NCBI GenBank assembly: GCA_963665815.1
Contig: OY762463.1
Location: forward strand, 320,001 to 384,000
Source: Candidatus Cloacimonadales bacterium
GTDB lineage: Bacteria > Cloacimonadota > Cloacimonadia > Cloacimonadales > JAIOQZ01
Length of the DNA: 64,000 nucleotides
Direction: 5' to 3'
A model generated the notes under the pieces. The model did not search any database. It saw only the letters and a program-made list of their open reading frames with translations, and was not told where the DNA came from. Shown one piece after another: positions 9,772 through 17,975 of the stretch; within the stretch, counting starts at the first letter, position 1, and every line of letters begins with the position of its first letter. Position numbers and translations under genes: made by a program.

Positions 9772-12333
9772 TTAAAATTTCCAGTCTAACTGAACGAATA
9801 CTGATCTTTCAGTTACTTTTAATTCACCACCGTTAGCTGAAGATTCAAGCTCTTCGTTGGTCCAGGTTCTTAAGTCAAGTACCTGTGTTTTATATGATTT
9901 TATTTTATATTTAAGTTTTACATAAAGATTGTTGGATATTCTGTCATGGAGAGTAATCCAGTACTTTGTACCACCTTCACCCATGAAGTCAATTTCCATA
10001 TCTTCATAATCCCAGTGACTGATACCGTTTCCATCCCACATTACGAATGAACCCTGAACTTTCAGGTCATCGTTGAAGTTGTGAATGTAATCTACAAGAA
10101 CATAGTCACCGCGCATCAGAACATTACCGGATACTCTTGTGTTTTGTCCATCAGGGTCAGCATTATTGAAAAGGTAGTTATATGGAGGCATGTGAACCTG
10201 ATTGTATCTGTATTCTACAGAAAGTTGATCGTATCTGGAAAGATTAGCTGTGACTTTCATTGTAATTTCGTCTGTTGTAGATTTGGATCTGTCAGCATCA
10301 TTATTGTGACGGTTAACCTGATGCTTGTACTTCAATCTGTACCTGAGTGGGTGAGAAGGTCTATATTCAAGTTCTCCCTGGAATCTCATGGATTTTCTTA
10401 AATCAGATTTTCTTTCCCATACATCAATATAAGCATGATTAAGAGTCAGTGATTTGGTGAATTTATATCTTGTCTGGAAGAAGAAACCTCTTTCCGCCTG
10501 AGGTTGTACAGAGTTCTCATACAGATCCTGAAGCTCAGGATTTGTCAGAATGTGTGAGTATTTATCAAACACTGTGTCATCGAATTTCTGGTGCTCGGAA
10601 AAACCTCTGTTATAAGGATTATCGTAACCCAGATCGTAGTCTCTGTACATCATGAGGAAATTAAGGTTTTCATACTGAGTATAAATTGATGAAACAATAG
10701 CTTTAGGATCATCAGCAATTTTTAAGAATTTACCGTCTTTCTCCATTTCAGCATATTCACCCTGAAATGCTACATTATTAATAACAGTTCTCCAGTCGAA
10801 TCCGTAAACTCTTCTGTAGTTTCTGCTGTAGTCATCTGTTTTTGTTGAATAAAGTGACTGAATCTCTGCATCGGTAGACTTAATTTTTTCCTTGTCTGCT
10901 TCAGATATAATAATACTGTTAAAAAGGATGTCAGGATCTTCTGCCACATAGAAATGTCTGTCATACAGCATTTCGTAACCGGATAATCCGATAGAAGAAC
11001 CAACCATAGGCTCAAACTCTACATGATAACCAAGTACTTTTTCTTCGAGGGCATCTTTAACAGGAGCAAGTTTATATCCGCTTGAATTTGATTCTGTATC
11101 ATAGTCAGATCTGACTGTTGATGATATGTATGTAAGAACCATATCTTTATTGTTCTTGGAATTTCCGTCATCACCACCGAAGAGACTGTCTGCATTGCTG
11201 TCATAGAGTACAGCGTCTTTTTTATCGATGGAACCGAAAATAACAACATTTGTGTTTTTACGTTTCCATTCAACAGCAGCACCGCGAAGAGCATATTCCT
11301 GATTCTTGGAAATATCACCAATAACACCTTTAACACGATTGCTGAATCCCATACCTGTGTTTCTGGAACGGTATTCATCTGTGTTATCCATTACAAGTCC
11401 CTGACCGAATGCAACATGATAATTACCTGCATATATATTAACAAAATTAACATCGTTATTGATCTTATATTTTGCCTGATTACTAACAAAGAATTTGATG
11501 TCATTCCAGTGTTCGTCGGAGTCTTTATCAAAAATAGATTCTTCCATTTTCTTTTTCCAGACTGCAATTCCACCATTCCAGCTTTTTCCGTATCTGAATC
11601 TCATTTTGTTAGCGACTTCAGGGGAATAGTCAGCGACTCTTTTAGAAACAGAGACAATTGTTTCACCAGAATCTTCAGAGCTGTTATCTTCCTCTTCTTC
11701 ACTGTCAAAAGGTTTATCCGCATACTGGAATTGATAGTCGAACGAGAATTTCTTATCAATTGTTGAAGGTTTGTAACGTACATAGTCTCTCATGTTCCTG
11801 GCTCCAAAATAGGAAATTCCGTCAGATTTTCTGAGATCTCTGTAGTCTTTCACATAATCCTCATTTCTCGTTCTCTTGATTACAGCATATGCATCAATTG
11901 GAGTTACTCCGGGAAGATTCATAATGTCCTGCATGAACAATTCATTGATATTTCTCTGATTCATAAGGTAATCCAGATAGAAGTCAGACATTGAACTTTC
12001 TTCGGAGTTAAGCCTTTCAAGCTTGTAAGCAAGATCTTCTCTTCTCTGCTCAGTGTCAGACAGTCCCTTGAAATGGGAAATTATAACGTAGTCTTTCAGT
12101 TTCAGCATTGTTTTCTGATCAATTGATTCGATCTTTCTCAAATCAAAGATGCTTTCAAAAAATGCTATGTAAGTTCTGTAATCGTAAATATCTTTTGCCT
12201 GTTGTTCCGTTATGGGCAGATGTTTTATCTGCTCAAAGCTTGCTATGTTTAAATCAATTTTTTCTATTGATTCAGCGGCAAACAGAGGTAACAGAAGACA
12301 AAAGAACATCGTTGCTAAAAAAAGTTTCTTCAT
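9772..12333 (-). CDS. ComEA-like helix-hairpin-helix protein with probable C-terminal beta-barrel
   Basis: Likely start MKKLFL (12333) with signal peptide; IDLNIAS..QIKHLP...IYDYR...SIFDLRKI and NINEL...LPGVTPIDA..VIKR HhH repeats; ends QLDWKF. Confidence 0.75.
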   Translation of the reverse strand: MKKLFLATMFFCLLLPLFAAESIEKIDLNIASFEQIKHLPITEQQAKDIYDYRTYIAFFESIFDLRKIESIDQKTMLKLKDYVIISHFKGLSDTEQRREDLAYKLERLNSEESSMSDFYLDYLMNQRNINELFMQDIMNLPGVTPIDAYAVIKRTRNEDYVKDYRDLRKSDGISYFGARNMRDYVRYKPSTIDKKFSFDYQFQYADKPFDSEEEEDNSSEDSGETIVSVSKRVADYSPEVANKMRFRYGKSWNGGIAVWKKKMEESIFDKDSDEHWNDIKFFVSNQAKYKINNDVNFVNIYAGNYHVAFGQGLVMDNTDEYRSRNTGMGFSNRVKGVIGDISKNQEYALRGAAVEWKRKNTNVVIFGSIDKKDAVLYDSNADSLFGGDDGNSKNNKDMVLTYISSTVRSDYDTESNSSGYKLAPVKDALEEKVLGYHVEFEPMVGSSIGLSGYEMLYDRHFYVAEDPDILFNSIIISEADKEKIKSTDAEIQSLYSTKTDDYSRNYRRVYGFDWRTVINNVAFQGEYAEMEKDGKFLKIADDPKAIVSSIYTQYENLNFLMMYRDYDLGYDNPYNRGFSEHQKFDDTVFDKYSHILTNPELQDLYENSVQPQAERGFFFQTRYKFTKSLTLNHAYIDVWERKSDLRKSMRFQGELEYRPSHPLRYRLKYKHQVNRHNNDADRSKSTTDEITMKVTANLSRYDQLSVEYRYNQVHMPPYNYLFNNADPDGQNTRVSGNVLMRGDYVLVDYIHNFNDDLKVQGSFVMWDGNGISHWDYEDMEIDFMGEGGTKYWITLHDRISNNLYVKLKYKIKSYKTQVLDLRTWTNEELESSANGGELKVTERSVFVQLDWKF

Positions 12334-12684
12334 ATAACCTTTCCAATATTTTTTCAACTCAAACAATGATAATAAGAATTTACTTGTAAAGATATTCTTA
12401 AAAAAAATAGTACTCCGGTAAATATCTGAGAGCTTTGCATAATAGTAAATCAAGCTGCTTTAGTATTATGAATCAAAATAAAATACATTAGGTGATATTT
12501 TTGAGTTCATCAGGAATACTTCTTTGGAAAGCTTATTTTGAGTCGGGATTTGATTTAAAAAAGGAGGATTCCAATTTGACACAACAATTTTCTTGACCAT
12601 TTACCGCGAATGAGCTCAATTTTGCCATATTAATGGAGTAAGGAGGAAGGATTGTTCGTAGGCACTAACTCTTTGAATTTTCAG

Positions 12685-12831
12685 GGAGACCATTATTATC
12701 CGTTCAGTATGGGGATACCGGGACTTTGCTACCAGTATATGAATTGTAAGTTTATTGGTGAAAACAGAGAAATTATTGACGAAATGGATCTTGACTGGAT
12801 ATATTGGGGAAAACGGTTCCTTGAAAAGTAA
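12685..12831 (+). pseudogene. Rhs core C-terminal remnant (cassette 1)
   Basis: Manual translation GDHYYPFSMG...CKFIGENREIIDEMDLDWIYWGKRFL matches the Rhs YYPFG..YKF.GKE...GWY.YGARF core; truncated by an inserted hairpin element. Confidence 0.85.
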
Positions 12832-12908
12832 TGTGCCTCCTATGATTCTCGGATTACATCCTACGAATTTCGGAGGTGAGACTCTCGGGCTTAGTCCTAC
12901 GAGCTCAT
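12825..12908. mobile_element. 84-nt double-hairpin element interrupting the Rhs core (copy A)
   Basis: Absent from the intact core at 20354-20520; folds GCCTCC/GGAGGT, GATTC/GAATT, GGAT/ATCC and GAG-CTC/GAG-CTC, GGGC/GTCC; homologous to 15343-15427. Confidence 0.6.
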
Positions 12909-12943
12909 AGCTTGACGGAGCAGAGTCCGCATATAACTACTAT

Positions 12944-13873
12944 GTGCAGATGATACGCATAAAAGCTCAGTTAGTTAAACGGAGAATGGAATATGAGATT
13001 AGACTTGCAGAAGATCTTGCTAAATCACATATACCCATGTACTGTTGTCAAACCGGTCCTATGTTGGGTTGGTTTGAGGACATGGATGATGCAAGTGAGA
13101 AAGCGGAACAGGTAGCAGATGAGGATAGAACTACAGTAGATGGCTCAACAAGTGTTGATGGTCCGGCAACTCCGCCAACTGAACCTGCTGTTCCAGCTCA
13201 GGAAGATCCACCAGGAGAACCATATAATACAAGAGATACAGAGGGCAAATCTGAACTTGTAAGAAGTGAGATGATAATTGACCAGGAAGCAACTGAAGGA
13301 AGTGATAAAAATTATAAAGCACTATGTAAAGCCTCTAACGCTACCTATAAGTTCTTAAATGAAACTAGATTTATTTCATTGGGATATCATCCATCTGATA
13401 AATTATTTGGGCTAGTGAATGGAACAAAGTATGATATAAATAATGGTTTTATATCAAGGAATATTTATGTTAGAGGAAAAAGAACTAATGTAGTTTTGTG
13501 GGATCATAATTCTACATATGGAAAAGAAGAGAAAGTTAGTATATTTGGCAATATACCTCTTATCGGCAGATTATTCAGTAAAACTCATACTGCTTATTTT
13601 ACGCCATATCATACGTTTCAGCATGAAACATATCACGTGAAGCAGAAAGCTTCACTGGGTGCGTTTTACCATTTTAGAGGAAGAACACTAAACGAATTTT
13701 TCTGTATGAAAGCAGTAAAATATTCTAAACTAACAATGATACTTAACTTAGACGATTCGAAGTTTGAAAATATAATGCAGAACAATGACAATGCAATTTA
13801 TCATAATTTTAGGCAATCATACGGGAACACTGATTTCATATATGATAGTGATCTCTATGGAGTCCCTAAATAA
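12944..13873 (+). CDS. Orphan Rhs toxin tip 1, putative zinc metallopeptidase
   Basis: Follows the LDG junction in frame; P/E-rich linker; HETYH (HExxH) with downstream NE; no clear RBS. Confidence 0.7.
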   Translation: MQMIRIKAQLVKRRMEYEIRLAEDLAKSHIPMYCCQTGPMLGWFEDMDDASEKAEQVADEDRTTVDGSTSVDGPATPPTEPAVPAQEDPPGEPYNTRDTEGKSELVRSEMIIDQEATEGSDKNYKALCKASNATYKFLNETRFISLGYHPSDKLFGLVNGTKYDINNGFISRNIYVRGKRTNVVLWDHNSTYGKEEKVSIFGNIPLIGRLFSKTHTAYFTPYHTFQHETYHVKQKASLGAFYHFRGRTLNEFFCMKAVKYSKLTMILNLDDSKFENIMQNNDNAIYHNFRQSYGNTDFIYDSDLYGVPK

Positions 13874-13884
13874 GGTAGGTTATT

Positions 13885-15114
13885 ATGAAAGTATATTTGA
13901 TTTTTTACCTAGTTCTATTTTCTACAATACTCTTCTCAATTGAAGAAAGCACTACATGCAAAAATACTGTTAATATAATGAAATCGAAGAATTTCCCCGA
14001 TGAAATTTACGTTAGAACCTTTACAATTGATAGATTTGGCAACATAATTTTGATCACATCAAATAGAAACCAGAAAACAAAAATTAATATGTTCAATATG
14101 ATAAAGCTGAATAGTAAACTTGAGAAAATATGGGAAGTTCAACTCAATATCAATGGCGTTGTTCAGAAAATAACCACTGATAAAATGAATGATATTGTAA
14201 TTGTAAGTGAATACTTCTCATTTGAAAAAAGTATTTCATCTATCAGTAAGTACAATCAGGATGGTGAATTAATATGGACAACTACACCGAGGACAAAAAA
14301 CGAGTTTGCGATTAGGGATATTGATTTTGATGAATCAAATAATATTTATATTGTTGGATATCATAGTGGATATGTGCGGATTGGATTAGAAATTATGAAT
14401 ACGTTTTTACCTTCCTTCAGAGATGGTATTATTGCGAAATTAACATCTGATGGTGATTGGGTTAAATGTAAAGATACTGATTTTTCGTACAGTGATTATA
14501 TCAGTAACATAGAAATCATTGGTGAGACAATATATACATGGGGAGGGTTTGAGAGTTGGAGTGGAATTCTCAAATCTTTTTTCAGTGAAATAGAAGCTGA
14601 ATATAATCAAAAGTATTATATTGCAAAATATAGCACTAACTTGAAGAAACAGCTTGAGTTTCGGTTAAATGATGAAAGCAGTGCAATCTTAGGCCCTGAA
14701 TTTCCCATTGGATCTTATGTGTTAACTTCAAAGTATAACAAAAACTTTATTGCTCTAGATTATATTGACTACTCATCTACACGTTATAATGCAAATTCCC
14801 AATTAAATGTTGATGTAATGATTATAGATTCCAACCTGAAAGTATTATACTCCGTTTTTGAAATTAAGTCTTTTAAAAACCAGTCGATAGAATCTTTTCA
14901 GAGCTGCATATACAGGTCTGTTAATAGATCAAAGTCTTGTATATATGATTTTTCTAATCAAACAATGTATATTATCAAGCCAGAAGAAAATGAATGGATT
15001 GAACACGGTTTAATTGATAATGATCTGTTATATCTTCTTAAAGGAAAAAAAAATGAAAACTCAAAAAATAACTTTTACACTTTGGATATTCTCAAAATAG
15101 ATAAATCTGAATAA
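13885..15114 (+). CDS. Putative immunity protein 1, secreted beta-propeller
   Basis: Immediately after the toxin tip; signal peptide; SBBP-like DIDFDESNNIYIVG and IAKLTSDGDW repeats. Confidence 0.7.
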   Translation: MKVYLIFYLVLFSTILFSIEESTTCKNTVNIMKSKNFPDEIYVRTFTIDRFGNIILITSNRNQKTKINMFNMIKLNSKLEKIWEVQLNINGVVQKITTDKMNDIVIVSEYFSFEKSISSISKYNQDGELIWTTTPRTKNEFAIRDIDFDESNNIYIVGYHSGYVRIGLEIMNTFLPSFRDGIIAKLTSDGDWVKCKDTDFSYSDYISNIEIIGETIYTWGGFESWSGILKSFFSEIEAEYNQKYYIAKYSTNLKKQLEFRLNDESSAILGPEFPIGSYVLTSKYNKNFIALDYIDYSSTRYNANSQLNVDVMIIDSNLKVLYSVFEIKSFKNQSIESFQSCIYRSVNRSKSCIYDFSNQTMYIIKPEENEWIEHGLIDNDLLYLLKGKKNENSKNNFYTLDILKIDKSE

Positions 15115-15122
15115 GAATTTAC

Positions 15123-15148
15123 AGCCTGCCTCGTGCAGGCTTTTCTTT
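15123..15148 (+). terminator. Rho-independent terminator, cassette-boundary copy 1
   Basis: AGCCTGC-CTCGT-GCAGGCT followed by TTTCTTT. Confidence 0.8.
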
Positions 15149-15237
15149 CTCATAACTCAAAAGACAGAGAAGAAATTGACGAAATGGATCTTGACTGGAT
15201 ATATTGGCAAAAACGGTTCCTTGACCCGTAAATAGGT

Positions 15238-15274
15238 TTTGGGAGACTCTCGCCTAAGGCTCCGAGCTCTTTGT
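15238..15274. mobile_element. 37-nt single-hairpin insertion in the Rhs core (copy C1)
   Basis: TTTGGGAGACTCTCGCCTAAGGCTCCGAGCTCTTTGT replaces AGG of the intact core (ATAGGT-AGG-TGGCA at ~20425-20440). Confidence 0.6.
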
Positions 15275-15342
15275 TGGCATTCTCTTGATCCGGCAGAGCA
15301 GTTTGACAGTCCGTATGTATATTGCGGTAACAATCCTGCAAA

Positions 15343-15427
15343 TAAACAAGGTGTCTCCTATGGTCTTCGAACATAAGTTCTACAGACTTCAGAGACGAGA
15401 CTCTCGGACTTAGTCCTGCGAGCTCAT
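15343..15427. mobile_element. 85-nt double-hairpin element interrupting the Rhs core (copy B)
   Basis: Replaces CTTTGTAG of the intact core; same fold as 12825-12908 with compensatory changes. Confidence 0.6.
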
Positions 15428-15462
15428 AGCTTGACGGAGCAGAGTCCGCATATAACTACTAT

Positions 15463-16647
15463 GTGCAGATGATACGCATAAAAGCTCAGTTGGTTTTACA
15501 GAGAATGGAATATGAGATTAGACTTGCAGAAGATCTTGCTAAATCACATATACCCATGTACTGTTGTCAAACCGGTCCTATGTTGGGTTGGTTTGAGGAC
15601 ATGGATGATGCAAGTGAGAAAGCGGAACAGGTAGCAGATGAGGATGGATCTACAGTATATGGCTCAACAAGTGTTGATGATCCGGCAACTCCGCCAACTG
15701 AACCTGATATGCCAGCTCAAGAAGGACCACCGGGAGAACCATACAACACAAATGAAATTGAAGAAGGTAGTCATAAAATAGATCATAGATCAATCACGGT
15801 TGACTCTGAAGCAACTGAGTACGTTCAGTCACAAGTAAAAGAAAAACTTGATGGTAAGACAAGGTCTGATGGTGAACCTATTGAATTGGGAGCAAATGGT
15901 TTGAATATCGATAATATAGTTGTGTTGAAACATAATGATTTTGATAATCCTGCCGATTTTAATGATACTTTGGTGGAGCAAATAGTTTTAACAGCAACTG
16001 AAGGAAGTGATAAAAATTATAAAGCACTATGTAAAGCCTCTAACGCTACCTATAAGTTCTTAAATGAAACTAGATTTATTTCATTGGGATATCATCCATC
16101 TGATAAATTATTTGGGCTAGTGAATGGAACAAAGTATGATATAAACAATGGTTTTATATCAAGGAATACTTATGTTAGAGGAAAAAGAACTAATGTAGTT
16201 TTGTGGGATCATAATACTACATATGGAAAAGAAGAGAAAGTTAGTATATTTGGCAATATACCTCTTATCGGCAGATTATTCAGTAAAACTCATACTGCTT
16301 ATTTTACGCCATATCATACGTTTCAGCATGAAACATATCACGTGAAGCAGAAAGCTTCACTGGGTGCGTTTTACCATTTTAGAGGAAGAACACTAAACGA
16401 ATTTTTCTGTATGAAAGCAGTAAAATATTCTAAACTAACAATGATACTTAACTTAGACGATTCGAAGTTTGAAAATATAATGCAGAACAATGACAATGCA
16501 ATTTATCATAATTTTAGGCATCATACGGGAACACTGATTTCATATATGATAGTGATCTCTATGGAGTCCCTAAATAAGGTAGGTTATTATGAAAGTATAT
16601 CTGATTTTTTACATCGTTTTTATTTCTACGATACTTTTCTCAGTTGA
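15463..16647 (+). CDS. Orphan Rhs toxin tip 2, HExxH metallopeptidase-like; C-terminal frameshift relative to tip 1
   Basis: C-terminal ~190 aa almost identical to tip 1; 1-bp deletion near 16520 (AGGCATC vs AGGCAATC) bypasses the stop at 16575-16577. Confidence 0.7.
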   Translation: MQMIRIKAQLVLQRMEYEIRLAEDLAKSHIPMYCCQTGPMLGWFEDMDDASEKAEQVADEDGSTVYGSTSVDDPATPPTEPDMPAQEGPPGEPYNTNEIEEGSHKIDHRSITVDSEATEYVQSQVKEKLDGKTRSDGEPIELGANGLNIDNIVVLKHNDFDNPADFNDTLVEQIVLTATEGSDKNYKALCKASNATYKFLNETRFISLGYHPSDKLFGLVNGTKYDINNGFISRNTYVRGKRTNVVLWDHNTTYGKEEKVSIFGNIPLIGRLFSKTHTAYFTPYHTFQHETYHVKQKASLGAFYHFRGRTLNEFFCMKAVKYSKLTMILNLDDSKFENIMQNNDNAIYHNFRHHTGTLISYMIVISMESLNKVGYYESISDFLHRFYFYDTFLS

Positions 16648-17815
16648 AGAATACAACACGTGTAGAAGTAGTTTTAATTTAATAAAATCAAAGAACTTCT
16701 CTGATGATGTTTACGTTGAGTCTTTTACTACTGATAGAAATAGTAATATTATTATGATCACATCAAATAGAAAGAAGAAGCCAAAAACTTTTTCCTTCAA
16801 AATGACGAAATTAGATAAAAATCTGGAAAGAGTATGGGAAATTCAACTCAATTCGTTGGGTTTTCCAGTTATCTATACTGATAATAGCAACAACATCATT
16901 ATTGTTTGTCACGAGGGCACACCTATAAAAAATATTTCTTCAATAAGCAAGTTCAGTGAAAATGGAAAACTTCAATGGACAACTAAGCCGAAAGCAAAAA
17001 ATGATTTCAGTATTTCAGATATGGAATTTGATGAATCCAATAATATATATATTGTTGGAAATCTTCATGGATATGTGAGAGTTGGATTTAATATAATTAA
17101 TACAATATTACCATCTTTCAGAGATGGATTCATTGCGAAATTAACCCCGAATGGAGACTGGATTAAATGTAAAGATACTAATATTCCGTTCGATGATTAC
17201 ATTAGTGATATTGAAATCATTGATGGATGTATATATACATGGGGAGGTTTTGAGCGTTGGAGTGGATTATTAAGATCTTTGTTTAGAGATTTTGAAGCTA
17301 ATTATGAAGCCAAATGTTATGTTTCAAAATATAATACTGACTTAAAGAAACAGCTTGAATTCAAATTAAATATTGATAGTAATGCTTTTTTGGGTGAAAA
17401 TTTTCCACTATCACCATATATTTCTACAACTGTGCACAATAACAATTTTGTTGCTATAGACACTGGGTATTCTTTTGATGAAGAGAGCAATGGAGAACAT
17501 CAATGGAATGCTGATATAATGATTTTAGATTCTATGTTAAATATCCTGTTCTCTGAGTATGAAAAAAAACTATTCTCTGAGAAATTACCCGTATCATTTC
17601 ATGATTGTATATTTTATATTGACTCAAAATTCAAATCAATTCTATACGATTTCTCAGATCAAGCATTATATTTATTAAAGCCAGAAGAAAATGAATCATT
17701 TGAAAAAGGTTTTATTGATCATGATATGTTATATATTCTTAGTAGTAAGAAAGATATAAACTCTAAAAATTATTCATTCATTTTAAATGTTTTCAAAACA
17801 GATCCCTTTGAATAA
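16589..17815 (+). CDS. Putative immunity protein 2, secreted beta-propeller (paralog of 13885-15114)
   Basis: Colinear with immunity 1 (FDESNNIYIVG, LPSFRDG.IAKLT..GDW.KCKDT, IYTWGGFE.WSG) but clearly diverged. Confidence 0.7.
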   Translation: MKVYLIFYIVFISTILFSVEEYNTCRSSFNLIKSKNFSDDVYVESFTTDRNSNIIMITSNRKKKPKTFSFKMTKLDKNLERVWEIQLNSLGFPVIYTDNSNNIIIVCHEGTPIKNISSISKFSENGKLQWTTKPKAKNDFSISDMEFDESNNIYIVGNLHGYVRVGFNIINTILPSFRDGFIAKLTPNGDWIKCKDTNIPFDDYISDIEIIDGCIYTWGGFERWSGLLRSLFRDFEANYEAKCYVSKYNTDLKKQLEFKLNIDSNAFLGENFPLSPYISTTVHNNNFVAIDTGYSFDEESNGEHQWNADIMILDSMLNILFSEYEKKLFSEKLPVSFHDCIFYIDSKFKSILYDFSDQALYLLKPEENESFEKGFIDHDMLYILSSKKDINSKNYSFILNVFKTDPFE

Positions 17816-17823
17816 GGATTTAC

Positions 17824-17849
17824 AGCCTGCCTCGTGCAGGCTTTTCTTT
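17824..17849 (+). terminator. Rho-independent terminator, cassette-boundary copy 2
   Basis: AGCCTGC-CTCGT-GCAGGCT-TTTCTTT. Confidence 0.8.
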
Positions 17850-17938
17850 CTCATAACTCAAAAGACAGAGAAGAAATTGACGAAATGGATCTTGACTGGA
17901 TATACTGGCAAAAACGGTTCCTTGACCCGCAAATAGGT

Positions 17939-17975
17939 TTTGGGAGACTCTCGCCTAAGGCTCCGAGCTCTTTGT
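17939..17975. mobile_element. 37-nt single-hairpin insertion in the Rhs core (copy C2)
   Basis: Identical to 15238-15274; net +34 nt shifts the Rhs core frame. Confidence 0.6.

Larger units (their letters stand above)
15109..15342 (+). repeat. Cassette-boundary repeat (terminator + Rhs core tail), near-identical to 17810-18043
   Basis: Direct comparison of the two segments; this copy has an in-frame TAA where the other has CAA. Confidence 0.9.

Noticed and set aside
12334-12453. Extended N-terminus of the HhH protein in the ORF track (similar extensions at 54528, 60182, 38125, 44908)
   Set aside because: Downstream starts give proper signal peptides or RBS; some extensions run through terminator hairpins
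15150-15374. Minus-strand 74-aa ORFs here and at 17851-18075
   Set aside because: Antisense shadows of the repeated Rhs-core tail; their similarity is explained by the DNA repeat
13288-16599. Near-identical toxin copies as a DGR template/variable repeat pair
   Set aside because: Repeat is ~600 bp, the few differences are not confined to adenines of one copy, and no RT is present
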